Counted from the first letter of the stretch, positions 27,806 to 43,427 are shown. The stretch: DNA of 64,000 bases from an uncultured Aliarcobacter sp. (GCA_963664305.2 CAXXLV010000001.1:43084-107083), one strand, 5' to 3'. Notes: a model not told the origin generated them from the letters alone. Translations and numbers: made by a program.

Positions 27806-29903
27806 AATTATAACAATTGCATTAGTAGGTCAACCAAATGTTGGTAAGTCTATGCTTATCAACTCTTTGTCAAATGCTAGATTAAAAGTTGGAAACTTTT
27901 CTGGAGTAACAGTTGCAAAAGAAGAAGTTTTTTTAGAATATAAAGGTTATCAAATTCAAATTATTGATTTACCTGGTGCTTATTCATTAAACAATTATAC
28001 ATTAGAAGAAAAAGTTACTAAAGAGTTTTTAGATAATTCTCCATACGATATCATTTTAAATGTTTTAGATTCAACAAACCTACAAAGAAACTTATTTTTA
28101 ACTGCAGAACTATTAGCTTTAGATAAAAAAATGATAATTGCACTTAATATGAGTGATGAAGCCCAAAAAGAATCAATAATTATTGATGAAGTTCAACTGA
28201 GTAAAATTCTTGGTAAACCTTGTATAAAAACAAGTGCTGCAAAAAAAGTAGGTATTCAAAAACTTTTAGATGAAATTGTATTTAAATATGAAAATGAAAA
28301 ACTTCCAACAAAACTTTTCTTTTCAAATGTAATAGAAGAAGAGATAGAAGCTATTTCTAAATTATTAGAAGAATGTAATTATAAAACAAATCAAACTTAT
28401 AGACAAATAGCAATAAAACTTTTAAAAGAAGATGTTCAAACATACAAACAACTAAAAGAAGAACCAATTTGGATAAAACTACAAACTGTTTTAAGTGAAG
28501 CATTTAAACATTTATATATTCATTATGAAACAAAAAATATGGAAGATATTTTTAATGATGAAAAATTTGCTTTTGCAAAAGGTGCAACAACAGAAACAGT
28601 AAAACAATCTTTAAAAAGAGAAAAAACTTTAACTGAAAAATTTGATTCATTTTTAATTCATAAATTCTTCGGATTACCTATATTTTTATTTTTAATGTGG
28701 GGATTATTCCAATTAACTTTTGAAATTGGAAGTATTCCAATGGATTTAATTGATGCTTTTTTTGCAAGTATTATTGATAAAACAAAAGAAGTTTTAGGAG
28801 ATAATCAACTTTCTTCAATCATTGGAGATGGTGTAATTGCTGGAGTTGGTTCAGTTATTTTATTTTTACCAAATATTATGATTTTATTTTTTGGTATAGC
28901 TTTACTTGAAACAACTGGTTATATGAGTAGAGTTGCTTTTTTACTTGATGGTTTCTTTCATAAATTTGGACTTCATGGAAAATCTTTTATTCCTTTAGTA
29001 ACTGGTTTTGGTTGTTCAGTTCCAGCTTATATGGCTGCACGTACTTTAAAAAATGAAAGAGATAGACTTTTAACTTTATTTATTATTGGATTCATGTCTT
29101 GTGGAGCAAGACTTCCAATATATGTACTTTTTGTTGGAGCATTTTTTGGACAAAGTAATGCAGGAAATGTATTGTTTTTAATTTATATTTGTGGAGCAAT
29201 TTTAGGTTTATTTGCAGCTAAAATATTAAAAATTGTTGTATTTAAAAGTGAAGACGAACCTTTTGTTATGGAAATGCCAAAATATAGAATTCCTTCATTT
29301 AAATTAATTTGGCACACAGTTTCAAATCAAGCTTTAATGTATTTAAAAAAAGCGGGAACATATATCCTTGCTGCATCATTACTTATTTGGTTTGCAAGTA
29401 ATTATCCAAAACATCTTGACGTGGAAAAAGATTTTAATTCAAAAATAGAATTAGCTCAAAATGATGAAGAAAAAATAAATCTACAAAATGAACTAAGTCT
29501 TTATAATCTTGAAAATTCTTATCTTGGTTATCTTGGAAAATTTAGTGAGCCTTTATTTGAACCATTAGGATTTGATTGGAGAATGTCTGTCGCTCTTGAA
29601 ACTGGACTTGCTGCAAAAGAGATTGTTGTTTCTACTTTATCAATCCTTTACGGTTTAGGAAGTGATAATAATGAAACATCAGATAGTTTAGTAGAAAAAA
29701 TTAAAAACAACATTCCTTTTGCTTCAGCGATGTCATTTATTATATTTGTAATGATTTATTTACCTTGTTTAGCAGCTTCTATGGTATTTGTAAGAGAAGC
29801 AGGAAATTGGAAATATTTATGGTATCTATTTATTTTCACAACATCAACTGCTTGGATAATGTCTTTTATCACGTATAACGTAACAAAATTACTGATAAAT
29901 TAA
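27795..29903 (+). CDS. feoB: Ferrous iron transport protein B
   Basis: GQPNVGKS, DLPG, GFGCSVPA, FMSCGARLP motifs; ATG 27795 preferred. Confidence 0.97.
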   Translation: MQDKIITIALVGQPNVGKSMLINSLSNARLKVGNFSGVTVAKEEVFLEYKGYQIQIIDLPGAYSLNNYTLEEKVTKEFLDNSPYDIILNVLDSTNLQRNLFLTAELLALDKKMIIALNMSDEAQKESIIIDEVQLSKILGKPCIKTSAAKKVGIQKLLDEIVFKYENEKLPTKLFFSNVIEEEIEAISKLLEECNYKTNQTYRQIAIKLLKEDVQTYKQLKEEPIWIKLQTVLSEAFKHLYIHYETKNMEDIFNDEKFAFAKGATTETVKQSLKREKTLTEKFDSFLIHKFFGLPIFLFLMWGLFQLTFEIGSIPMDLIDAFFASIIDKTKEVLGDNQLSSIIGDGVIAGVGSVILFLPNIMILFFGIALLETTGYMSRVAFLLDGFFHKFGLHGKSFIPLVTGFGCSVPAYMAARTLKNERDRLLTLFIIGFMSCGARLPIYVLFVGAFFGQSNAGNVLFLIYICGAILGLFAAKILKIVVFKSEDEPFVMEMPKYRIPSFKLIWHTVSNQALMYLKKAGTYILAASLLIWFASNYPKHLDVEKDFNSKIELAQNDEEKINLQNELSLYNLENSYLGYLGKFSEPLFEPLGFDWRMSVALETGLAAKEIVVSTLSILYGLGSDNNETSDSLVEKIKNNIPFASAMSFIIFVMIYLPCLAASMVFVREAGNWKYLWYLFIFTTSTAWIMSFITYNVTKLLIN

Positions 29904-29918
29904 AAAATAAAAAAGTAT

Positions 29919-30305
29919 TTATTTCAATTCAAATTGAGATGAATACTCTTTTCCACTATAAATTATTTTGAAATCCCATTTTCCACCTTCTCTACCATCT
30001 AGATATCTATAATCATAAGCAGAACTATCTCCAGCTGGAATTAACATTTCTCTACTTCTTGAGATTTCACCTGTTGGACTTATCCAATTAATTGTTATTT
30101 GTTGATCTTTTTCTATATCTCTTATAACTTCGAATTTACAAATAATTGAATTTTCATCCTCTAAAATTAAACAATCAACGTTTGGATTATATGATTGTTC
30201 TTGTGTAGAATTTGTTTCTACAGGTTTTTCTTCATTTGGTACTACTGTAGCTTCTGCAAAAAGTGTTGCAGTTAATATTAAAAAAGATACTAAGTATCTA
30301 TTCAT
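29919..30305 (-). CDS. Secreted hypothetical protein, Ig-like beta sandwich predicted
   Basis: Signal peptide MNRYLVSFLILTATLFA; start reassigned to ATG 30305. Confidence 0.7.
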   Translation of the reverse strand: MNRYLVSFLILTATLFAEATVVPNEEKPVETNSTQEQSYNPNVDCLILEDENSIICKFEVIRDIEKDQQITINWISPTGEISRSREMLIPAGDSSAYDYRYLDGREGGKWDFKIIYSGKEYSSQFELK

Positions 30306-30525
30306 TTTTCTCTCTTTCATCTTCTTCAAGATTTGTAAATTTCATTAATAAATGTTTTATTGGAGCGTAAAAAGTTGTCATTGAAACAATTGCAGCTACT
30401 AACTGAATTATTTTAAAAAAACCACTATTTTCTCCAACAGTAAATAAGGCTAAGTAATAACTAAAAATAAAAGAGATTATAGCACAAATAACAATGCCTA
30501 TTATAACAAGTAGATTATAATTCAT
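30298..30525 (-). CDS. Hypothetical 2-TM protein (75 aa)
   Basis: Two hydrophobic segments; overlaps both neighbours; start reassigned to ATG 30525. Confidence 0.7.
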   Translation of the reverse strand: MNYNLLVIIGIVICAIISFIFSYYLALFTVGENSGFFKIIQLVAAIVSMTTFYAPIKHLLMKFTNLEEDEREKNE

Positions 30526-31252
30526 ATTTTTTCCAGATAGGTGTTTCATTTAATGTTGCTCTATTTTCTAAAACTTCAAAAGGTGAATAAGCAACTTTAT
30601 ATCCCATTGAAAAATGGTTTTTTATCCAATAACCCAAATAAATATATGGAATATTAAGCTCTTTAGCTATTTTTATTTGAGCTAAAATAGAAAATTTACC
30701 TATTGATAAATCTGAATAATCATGATCATAATAACAATAAATTGCAGAAATAGACTCTGGTAAAATATCTACTAAAGCAACTCCTATTAATTTATCATCT
30801 CTTACATATAAAAATTCTTTTGCATACTTTTCTGTAGCTTCAACATATGATTTTGCATAATCTTCTGGTTCAATTGGAGTATAAGGCCAATCTTTTTTAT
30901 CATTCATAAATCTATGATATTTATCATACAAATTTAGATGTTCCATTGTCATAGAAGGTGGTCTTATATAAAGTTTTGTATCTCTGTTTTTTGCAATTAC
31001 TCTTTTTTCTGATTTCGAAAATTTATAATTTTTAACATCAATTCTCATAGAAACACATTTACTACATGTTTTACATTCTGGAACAAAATGCATTCGTCCA
31101 AATCTTCTCCAACCACGCTCTAACATTTTTTGATATTCAGAAGTTGCACATGAATAAATATATCTATATCTTATATCTGAAAGTTTTTCATCATAATAAG
31201 AACAAGCTCTATTCTCTTCTAAAAATTCAACATCTTGATTCAAAATTTGCAT
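30515..31252 (-). CDS. Arginyl-tRNA-protein transferase family (Ate/Bpt)
   Basis: CSYY, GWRRFG, C..C..C.SMR, YCYYDHD, SIGKFSIL, YIYLGYWI motifs. Confidence 0.92.
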   Translation of the reverse strand: MQILNQDVEFLEENRACSYYDEKLSDIRYRYIYSCATSEYQKMLERGWRRFGRMHFVPECKTCSKCVSMRIDVKNYKFSKSEKRVIAKNRDTKLYIRPPSMTMEHLNLYDKYHRFMNDKKDWPYTPIEPEDYAKSYVEATEKYAKEFLYVRDDKLIGVALVDILPESISAIYCYYDHDYSDLSIGKFSILAQIKIAKELNIPYIYLGYWIKNHFSMGYKVAYSPFEVLENRATLNETPIWKKYEL

Positions 31253-31254
31253 GG

Positions 31255-31995
31255 CTATTCGTTTATTTTTTCTTTTATCTCTTTTGCAGTTGAAAAGATT
31301 TTTTTAATTTTTTCATCATTTGATAAACTATCATCAATAATATGTTTTACAAATGCACTTCCAACAATCACACCATCAACGTCTTTTGCTTTTTCTTTAC
31401 AAGTTTTTTCATCAACACCAAAACCTATATAAAGAGGAGTTTCTGAATATTTTCTAACATTTTCTATAATTAAAGATAAATCTTCTTTTTGTCCACTTCC
31501 TGTAATTCCTGCATATGCAACCATATAAATAAATTTTTTAGCATTTGTTACTAACTCTTTTATTCTTTCTTCACTATCTGTTGGTGCAACAAATGAAATA
31601 TTTGATTTATTATATTTAGCAAATAATTCTTCATAATTTTGTGCCATTTCAAAAGGAAGATCAGGGATAATTGTCCCTTGAATATTATATTCAGCTGCTT
31701 TTTGTAAAAATTTTTCCATTCCATAATGATAAAATGGATTCATATATCCCATCCATAAAGTATCAATATCTTTTCCAATTTTTGAAGATACTTCAAATAA
31801 ATCTTTTAATTTAAACCCTTTATTTAAAGCAATTAAATTTGCCTTTTCAATAACTGGACCATCTGCCACTGGATCAGAAAATGGAATTCCTAATTCTAAA
31901 ATATCTACACCCGCTTCTTTTAAACTGTATGCTAAATCAATTGTAAAATTATTACTTGGAAGTGATGCTGTAATGTAACCTACTAATTTTTTCAA
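31255..31995 (-). CDS. trpA: Tryptophan synthase alpha chain
   Basis: LELGIPFSDPVADGPVI, IIPDLP, GFGV, GVIVGSA. Confidence 0.97.
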   Translation of the reverse strand: MKKLVGYITASLPSNNFTIDLAYSLKEAGVDILELGIPFSDPVADGPVIEKANLIALNKGFKLKDLFEVSSKIGKDIDTLWMGYMNPFYHYGMEKFLQKAAEYNIQGTIIPDLPFEMAQNYEELFAKYNKSNISFVAPTDSEERIKELVTNAKKFIYMVAYAGITGSGQKEDLSLIIENVRKYSETPLYIGFGVDEKTCKEKAKDVDGVIVGSAFVKHIIDDSLSNDEKIKKIFSTAKEIKEKINE

Positions 31996-32051
31996 AATCT
32001 CTATCCTATTTTTTTAACTATTTTATCAAAAATCTACTTTTAAACTATTAA

Positions 32052-33449
32052 TTACTCTTCAGTATTATCTTTTTTATATCTTTTCATAACTAAATTAAAA
32101 ATTCTTTGCATATTAACAAAAAATCTTGTTGTATATGTCATTTGAGTATTTTCAATCTCATCACCTAATTTTATATTAATTGCTTCTGACTTTTTCATTG
32201 ATAAAACTTGAGATGGAAATACACTTCTATGTCCTGTCATCAAAAAAGCTAGAATAATTGATATTGCAGCATAATGACCAACATCCATCCCAAAAAGTTC
32301 AACCGACATTATCATGGCAGCTATTGGAGCACTTGTTGTTCCTGCTAATACACTTACGAATCCAAGTGCGGCAAATAAGGGTATATAGCCATCAACTAAA
32401 TATCCAAAGAAGTTACCGCTTGTTGCACCTACATAAAAAATAGGAGTTATTACCCCTCCACTTCCACCAAAAGACAAGGTTAAAGAGGTAAAAATCGTTT
32501 TTAATACAAAGGTATACCAAGGAATATTTTCATTTATCATTTTATCTGTTGATAAAGCATCTTTTATAGTTTGAAAACCTATTCCTAAATAATGTTCTCC
32601 AACAATTAATGTCAAAACTACTATAAAAATTCCACCTAAAAATGCTTTTAAAATATAATTTATTTTTATTGCACTAATGTATTTATGAAAAGTACTTAAA
32701 GTTGTGATTATAAAATCCGCAACCAATCCAAAAAAGATTCCTGCAATTATAACTTTTGAAATCAATACATAATTAAAGTCAAAATTTGAATAAAAAGCAA
32801 TATTAAAATATGTATAACTTATACCTAACATTTTTGCAACAAAAAAAGCAGAAAATCCTGCAACTATTGAAGGCAATAAAATATCATACATTAAACCACC
32901 CACAATCAATATTTCCACTCCAAAAATTGCTCCTGCAAGTGGTGTTCCAAAAACAGATGCAAAGCCAGCACTAATTCCACAAATTACAATTTTTTTTCTA
33001 TCTCTTGCAGAAAATCTTAGTTTCATTGCAATAAATGAAGCTAATGATGCACCAATTTGCGCACCAGGTCCCTCTTTCCCAACTGAACCTCCTGCAAAAA
33101 TTGTAAGAACTGTTGCAAAAAGTTTTGTTGGTACAACACTTACATTAATCTTTCCAGAATTTTTGTGAATTGCTTCAATTACCTTTTCTGTTCCATGTCC
33201 TTGAGCACTTGGAGCAAATTTCTTTACTACAAAAACTGTTATTGCTAAAGCAAAAGGTAAAAGATAATAATAATCAAAAGGCAATAATGACCTTGAATTC
33301 TCACAATATGTTAAAAGTTTTAAAAATAGTGATACTACTACACCAATAAATGCACCAATTAAAGAAGATAAAAATATCCATTTTGTAATACTTGCAAACA
33401 TAATTGTTTGCTCTGCTAAATGTTTTTGAATGTTTGATTCGTTATTCAT
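32052..33449 (-). CDS. ClC-family chloride channel/antiporter
   Basis: GHGTE, GSVGKEGP (gating Glu), FGTPLAG, GVITP motifs. Confidence 0.92.
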   Translation of the reverse strand: MNNESNIQKHLAEQTIMFASITKWIFLSSLIGAFIGVVVSLFLKLLTYCENSRSLLPFDYYYLLPFALAITVFVVKKFAPSAQGHGTEKVIEAIHKNSGKINVSVVPTKLFATVLTIFAGGSVGKEGPGAQIGASLASFIAMKLRFSARDRKKIVICGISAGFASVFGTPLAGAIFGVEILIVGGLMYDILLPSIVAGFSAFFVAKMLGISYTYFNIAFYSNFDFNYVLISKVIIAGIFFGLVADFIITTLSTFHKYISAIKINYILKAFLGGIFIVVLTLIVGEHYLGIGFQTIKDALSTDKMINENIPWYTFVLKTIFTSLTLSFGGSGGVITPIFYVGATSGNFFGYLVDGYIPLFAALGFVSVLAGTTSAPIAAMIMSVELFGMDVGHYAAISIILAFLMTGHRSVFPSQVLSMKKSEAINIKLGDEIENTQMTYTTRFFVNMQRIFNLVMKRYKKDNTEE

Positions 33450-33618
33450 AAGAGTACTTTTTTAGTTTTTTTGAGTTTTATAATTTTAATTCTAACAAAA
33501 CCGTTATTTAGTTGTTCTTTAAATTTCCTTTTTTATGGACAAATATTAAAATTTTTATTAAAAAAGTTTGTTTTAGATATAATCTTTAAAAATTATTAAT
33601 CATTATTTAGGAAAAGAA

Positions 33619-34428
33619 ATGAGTATTATCAAAAATGATTTTGAAAAAATAAATATAACAAAAATCAAAAAATCAAAGAATCAAAAAAAACTAACAGTTA
33701 TTACAGCATATGACGCACTTTTTGCAAAACTGTTTGAAGAAATTGCAGATATGATACTTGTAGGAGATAGTCTTAATATGAGTTTTGCTGGTCGTCCAGA
33801 TACTCTTTCAGCCACTCTTGAACAAATGATATATCACACAAATGCAGTTTGTAATGGAGCAAAAAATGCTTTTGTTATTATGGATATGCCATTTGGAACT
33901 TATATAAATAAAGATGAAGCATTAAAAAATTCTATTGAAGTTTATAGACAAACAAATGCAGCAGCAATTAAAATAGAAGGTGGAGAAGATAGAGCCGATA
34001 TCATAAAACATCTTACATCAAATTCAATTGCCGTAATGGGACATATTGGACTTATGCCTCAATATGTAAGAAGCGAAGGTGGATATAAAGTTCGAGGAAA
34101 AACAAAAGAAGATGAAGAACAACTTATTCGTGATGCAATTGCTGTTGAAAAAGCAGGAGCATTTTCAATTGTTGTTGAAGGTGTTATGAGTGATGTTGCA
34201 AAAAAAATTACAGAAGCTGTAAATATACCAATTATAGGAATTGGAGCAGGAAATGTAACAGATGGTCAAGTTCTTGTTTGGTCAGATATGTTAGGTTTTT
34301 TTGAAGAGTTTAAACCAAAATTTGTAAGACACTATTTAAATGGTGCAGAACTTGTGAAAGAAGCTGTAAATCAATATAGAAGCGATGTTCAAGATTCATC
34401 ATTCCCTTCTAAAGAGGAAGAGTATTAA
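33619..34428 (+). CDS. panB: 3-methyl-2-oxobutanoate hydroxymethyltransferase
   Basis: ITAYD, LVGDSL, DMPFG, IKIEGG, GHIGLMPQ. Confidence 0.97.
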   Translation: MSIIKNDFEKINITKIKKSKNQKKLTVITAYDALFAKLFEEIADMILVGDSLNMSFAGRPDTLSATLEQMIYHTNAVCNGAKNAFVIMDMPFGTYINKDEALKNSIEVYRQTNAAAIKIEGGEDRADIIKHLTSNSIAVMGHIGLMPQYVRSEGGYKVRGKTKEDEEQLIRDAIAVEKAGAFSIVVEGVMSDVAKKITEAVNIPIIGIGAGNVTDGQVLVWSDMLGFFEEFKPKFVRHYLNGAELVKEAVNQYRSDVQDSSFPSKEEEY

Positions 34429-34431
34429 TAT

Positions 34432-35469
34432 ATGGAAAGATTAGTTGAAGTAGAACAAATATCTTTTGAAGAAGATAATAATGAAATAAGCCTCCGTCCA
34501 TCTTCTTGGGATGATTATATAGGTCAAGAAAAAATAAAAAAGAATTTGAGAGTATTTATTGATGCTTCTAAAAAAAGAAAAGAAGCATTAGACCATATTT
34601 TATTTTATGGACCTCCAGGTCTTGGAAAAACTACTTTATCTTATCTAATATCAAATGAAATGAATACAAATATAAAAGTTACAGCAGGCCCAATGATTGA
34701 AAAAAGTGGAGACTTAGCTGCAATTTTAACTAATCTTGAAGAAGGAGATATTTTATTTATTGATGAGATTCATAGACTTTCTCCTGCTGTTGAAGAAATC
34801 CTTTATCCAGCAATGGAAGATTATAGATTGGATATCATAATTGGTTCAGGACCTGCTGCACAAACTGTAAAAATAGATTTACCAAGATTTACTCTAATTG
34901 GTGCAACAACACGTGCAGGAATGCTTTCAAATCCATTAAGAGAAAGATTTGGAATGCACTTTAGAATGCAATTTTATACACATGAAGAACTTGCAAAAAT
35001 TATTCAAAAAGCTGCAATTAAACTTGGTAAAAATTGTGAAGATGATGCTGCATTAGAAATTTCAAAAAGAAGTAGAGGAACACCTAGGGTTGCATTAAGA
35101 CTTTTAAGAAGAGTTAGAGATTTCTCTGAAGTTGAAAATGAAAAATATATTCATATAAAAAGATGTCAATATGCTTTAGATGAACTTGGGGTTAATGAAA
35201 GTGGATTTGATGAAATGGATATAAATTTACTTGAATTATTAATTTCAAATAGAGGAAAACCTATGGGGCTTTCTACAATTGCAGCAGCACTTAGTGAAGA
35301 TGAAGGAACAATAGAAGATGCAATTGAACCTTATTTACTTGCAAATGGATATATAGAAAGAACTGCTAGAGGAAGATTAGCAAGTGTAAAAACATATGAA
35401 ATGTTTAGACTTTCATATCCAGGAAGTGAAAAACTTGATGATGATTTAAAACAAGGTAAATTATTTTGA
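34432..35469 (+). CDS. ruvB: Holliday junction branch migration helicase
   Basis: [30 protein letters not shown]. Confidence 0.98.
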   Translation: MERLVEVEQISFEEDNNEISLRPSSWDDYIGQEKIKKNLRVFIDASKKRKEALDHILFYGPPGLGKTTLSYLISNEMNTNIKVTAGPMIEKSGDLAAILTNLEEGDILFIDEIHRLSPAVEEILYPAMEDYRLDIIIGSGPAAQTVKIDLPRFTLIGATTRAGMLSNPLRERFGMHFRMQFYTHEELAKIIQKAAIKLGKNCEDDAALEISKRSRGTPRVALRLLRRVRDFSEVENEKYIHIKRCQYALDELGVNESGFDEMDINLLELLISNRGKPMGLSTIAAALSEDEGTIEDAIEPYLLANGYIERTARGRLASVKTYEMFRLSYPGSEKLDDDLKQGKLF

Positions 35470-36518
35470 AAGCAGCCTATTTTATAATTGCAATTGCAAT
35501 AGTAATGATTTTTTTTATGGTTGAATTATTCAATCCATTTTTAAAAGCAATTTTTGTATCAATATTATTAACTGTTGCAACAAGTTCTTTAACACTATTT
35601 TTAGAAAAAAAATCAAGAAGTAGAATAGCTGCAACATCTTTTATTACAATTGCACTTGCAGCACTATTTTTTATTCCTATTTTATATTGTATTTTCTCAT
35701 TTATTAATTTCTTCAATCAAGTTGACCAAGAACTATTAGTAAAAAATCTAGACGATATAAAAACTTTTATACAAGAAAAATCTGTAAATCTAGCTTTTTT
35801 GAACAATTTTTTAGATAATCTTAGTTCAAAAATTGATGTAGGGAAAACTGTACAAGATATATTTGCAATTAGTGCTTATTTAGGAAAGAATTCTGCAAAA
35901 TTTATGATAGATATGGTGATGATTTTAATATTTTTCTTCTTTTTTACACTTTATTCAACACCTCTTCTAACTTTTATAAAAGAACTATTACCAATTAAAA
36001 AAGAGGATTCTGTAATACTATTTAGTGAATCATCAAATGTAATGACAGTTGTTTTATACTCAATTTTAGTTACTGCAATATTTGAAGGTTTTTTATTTGG
36101 TTTTTTCTTAACTTTTTTTAACTATGATGGATTGTTATTTGGAGTTTTATATGGTTTTGCATCTTTAATTCCAGTTATAGGTGGAGTTATAATGTGGCTT
36201 CCAATTGTGATTTATGAAGCAACAACAAATTCAGTAACAAATGCTTTAATCATTGCAATTTATTCAATAGTAATAATTTCAATATTTGCAGATACATTTG
36301 TAAAACCAATGATAATAAAATATATTAATAAAAAAGTGGTAAAAACACCTACAAGTGTAAATGAACTTTTAATCTTTTTCTCTATTGTTGCAGGACTTTC
36401 AACATTTGGCTTTTGGGGAATGATTATCGGGCCAGCTATGGTAACTTTTTTTATTTCAATAATGCATTTATTAAAAAAATATTCTGATGATTTTAAAGAA
36501 AATGTATCTTATGATTAA
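35466..36518 (+). CDS. AI-2E family transporter
   Basis: Multi-TM; [23 protein letters not shown]. Confidence 0.9.
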   Translation: MKAAYFIIAIAIVMIFFMVELFNPFLKAIFVSILLTVATSSLTLFLEKKSRSRIAATSFITIALAALFFIPILYCIFSFINFFNQVDQELLVKNLDDIKTFIQEKSVNLAFLNNFLDNLSSKIDVGKTVQDIFAISAYLGKNSAKFMIDMVMILIFFFFFTLYSTPLLTFIKELLPIKKEDSVILFSESSNVMTVVLYSILVTAIFEGFLFGFFLTFFNYDGLLFGVLYGFASLIPVIGGVIMWLPIVIYEATTNSVTNALIIAIYSIVIISIFADTFVKPMIIKYINKKVVKTPTSVNELLIFFSIVAGLSTFGFWGMIIGPAMVTFFISIMHLLKKYSDDFKENVSYD

Positions 36519-36536
36519 GATACATTTTTTTAAAGA

Positions 36537-37283
36537 TTAATTATCTCCACTCTCTCTTTCTCCACCATAAGAAGAAATTCCATAATCTAGGTTAGCAACT
36601 GATTTAAATCCTAAATCAAGCATTATTCTTTGGCAATATGCACTTCTACTTCCACTATGACAATAAACAATAACAGGAATATTTTTTTGATTATTGATTC
36701 TTTCTAAAGCATGATAAAATGATGTAGTTGGTATTAAATAATCTGTTCCTTTAATTCTTGTTCCAACCCACTCCATCCATTCTCTTGTATCAACTAAGTT
36801 GAAATCAACAAATCCTAAATCTCTTGCTTCAAGTAGTGATTCAAGTTCTAAAGAATTTATTTCTTCTTTAGTTAATAAATTAGCACACTCCTCTTTTGTT
36901 AAACCTCTAGAATGTGTTGCTATTGCATCATGTACATCAATTTGTTCTTTAATTTCGTTTGCTTTTTGTTCTGTACAAAAAATTCCACAGTGACATGAAC
37001 CTTTTGATGGTATTTCATTTGTTAACGCAGGAGTACAAGGACAAAGTCTATTATCACTATTTTCTTGTTCTGTTGGAGTTTCTCCAATAACCATAAAACA
37101 TGGGCAAAATCTTTTTCCATAGATTAACTTGTTTCTAGTTAATCCCATTTGTATAGATTCATTAACTTCATCATCTGGATTATAAACTAATCCATGTTCA
37201 TCTAAGACCTTATTTGTAAATTGTTTTGTTAATTCAAGTTCTGTTTGAAATTCATCACTATTTATATCTATTTTTCTAATCAT
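36537..37283 (-). CDS. Ferredoxin:thioredoxin reductase catalytic domain fused to a rhodanese domain
   Basis: CPC...CPC...CHC triad in the N-half; VDTRE...IKG and YCHSGSRS in the C-half. Confidence 0.88.
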   Translation of the reverse strand: MIRKIDINSDEFQTELELTKQFTNKVLDEHGLVYNPDDEVNESIQMGLTRNKLIYGKRFCPCFMVIGETPTEQENSDNRLCPCTPALTNEIPSKGSCHCGIFCTEQKANEIKEQIDVHDAIATHSRGLTKEECANLLTKEEINSLELESLLEARDLGFVDFNLVDTREWMEWVGTRIKGTDYLIPTTSFYHALERINNQKNIPVIVYCHSGSRSAYCQRIMLDLGFKSVANLDYGISSYGGERESGDN

Positions 37284-37374
37284 AAATTATCCTAATATTT
37301 TAAAGTTTGTAATAGTAATATAATTTATATTAATATTTGTATTCAATGCAAGAATTGATATTTATATAATAAAT

Positions 37375-37593
37375 TCATTTATCAATCATAGATAAATATA
37401 GTTTTTCAACTTTCTCTCTTGCCCATGGAGTTTTTCTAAGAAATTTTAAAGAAGATTTAACACTAGGGTCATAATTGAAACAATTAATATTAATTCTTCT
37501 ACCTAATTCATCCCAACCATAGTAATCAACTAAAGAATTTATTATCATTTCTAATTTTATTCCATGTAATGGATTATTTGGATTATTGTTCAA
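37375..37593 (-). CDS. VF530/DUF2132 family small protein
   Basis: NPLHGIKLE...YYGW...[26 protein letters not shown]; start reassigned to TTG 37593 (AGGA RBS). Confidence 0.88.
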   Translation of the reverse strand: MNNNPNNPLHGIKLEMIINSLVDYYGWDELGRRININCFNYDPSVKSSLKFLRKTPWAREKVEKLYLSMIDK

Positions 37594-37671
37594 TTTTATT
37601 CCTAATTTTTGATAATTATAACATATAAAAGCCATAGATAAAGTAGATAAAAAGTGAGGCAGAAAGCGGGG

Positions 37672-37727
37672 CAAAAAAAAAGCTTCTGCTAAAAAGAACT
37701 TAAAGAAGTTCAAATTAGCAAAAGCTT
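37672..37727 (-). terminator. rrn operon terminator region
   Basis: Nested stem AAGCTTCTGCTAA...TTAGCAAAAGCTT followed by a T run on the minus strand, just after 5S. Confidence 0.6.
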
Positions 37728-37743
37728 TGAAAAAAACTCAAGA

Positions 37744-37859
37744 GCTGGCAGCGGCCTACGTTTCCACCAGGGGACCCGGCAGTATTATCGGCGATGAAGT
37801 GCTTGACTTCCAGGTTCGGAATGGGACTGGGTATTTCCACTTCTCTATAGCCACCAGCA
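37744..37859 (-). rRNA. rrf: 5S rRNA
   Basis: Terminal stem GCTGG/CCAGC, CCCATTCCGAAC motif, about 116 nt; ends approximate. Confidence 0.93.
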
Positions 37860-38008
37860 AAGTTGAGTAAAGAAGATATTATAAAAAATATACTCTTCAC
37901 TCAACTCGTTTAGGAGTTAAGAAAAAATAATGTTAAAGTCTTTTCACAATATATACTAAATATAAGAAATATATTTAATAAGATAGTAAACCAAAGAATT
38001 GTTTAAAA

Positions 38009-40915
<2,907 letters not shown>

Positions 40916-41214
40916 TAATAAATAGAGTTAAACTCTATCGCTTTTTGATAATATTCTTTGGCTACTATCTTATTAAACATATTATTTAAAATATATCCAA
41001 TAAAATAATGTTGTGTTCTATCTAATTTCTTAGATATGAAATTTTTTTTGTTTTAAATTATTTAACATTTCTGTTATCTAATTCTTACGAAAAAATTAAA
41101 GACTTTAACATTATATTTTTAAATATCGTTTTGATTTTGAAAATCAAATATAAATTCAATCTCTTATTGAACTTATATTTAACTTTTAAATCAGATGAAC
41201 TTATTAGTTATAGG

Positions 41215-41290
41215 TGGTGGAGAATAGCGGGATCGAACCGCTGACCTCCTGCGTGCAAAGCAGGCGCTCTCCCAGCTGAGCTAATTCCCC
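41215..41290 (-). tRNA. tRNA-Ala(TGC) in the rrn spacer
   Basis: GGGGAATTAGCTCAG...TTTGCAC...GGTTCGATCC...CCA, 76 nt. Confidence 0.97.
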
Positions 41291-41321
41291 AACCTAAATT
41301 AATCTTTACTAGATTATTTAA

Positions 41322-41398
41322 TGGTGGGCCTATCAGGACTTGAACCTGAGACCTCACGATTATCAGTCGAGCGCTCTAGCCAGCTGAGCTATAGGCCC
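41322..41398 (-). tRNA. tRNA-Ile(GAT) in the rrn spacer
   Basis: GGGCCTATAGCTCAG...CTGATAA...GGTTCAAGTCC...CCA, 77 nt. Confidence 0.97.
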
Positions 41399-41479
41399 CT
41401 TTACTACCTATTTAAATAATCTTTATAAACCGAATATAAAATCTCTGGAAGTAAGAAACGAATCTTACTTCTCTCTCTG

Positions 41480-42994
<1,515 letters not shown>

Positions 42995-43283
42995 AAATTA
43001 TAGAGTTTTTGAAACTGACAAATTTTATAACTCTTCAATTACAAAATTATCACTCAAATTTTATAGACAAGATTTGTTTTACCAAATTTCTTGTTTTTAT
43101 ATTTTTTAACATTTATTCTTATTTTAAATCTAAATAAACATAGATTTTTTATAAGAGTTCTATATTCGGTTTATAAAGATTACTTTACAAACTTTCATTC
43201 ATTTTTAAAGATCATTCCAGACTCGATTGAATCGTTTCTCTTCAAGCTTTTCGTTTGAAGCGTTCCAGTCAAATTGGACGGGA

Positions 43284-43312
43284 ATTATAATAGATTTTTA
43301 TCTACTTGTCAA
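43284..43312 (-). promoter_or_regulatory. rrn sigma70 promoter
   Basis: TTGACA-17 nt-TATAAT perfect consensus on the minus strand, GC-rich discriminator. Confidence 0.88.
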
Positions 43313-43427
43313 TACCCTAACGCTGAAATGTAGCTTAAATTTTGAAATTTATGCTCTTTTTTCTCTTTTTACTTGTTTTTTGTGATTTTTACTATATTTT
43401 GCTTGGGAATATTATCATTTATCACTC

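Noticed and set aside
32052-33449. ClC as a fluoride exporter (CLC-F)
   Set aside because: It lacks the GNNLI/GREGT/GEVTP signatures (has GHGTE/GKEGP/GVITP), and no fluoride-riboswitch-like sequence was seen upstream
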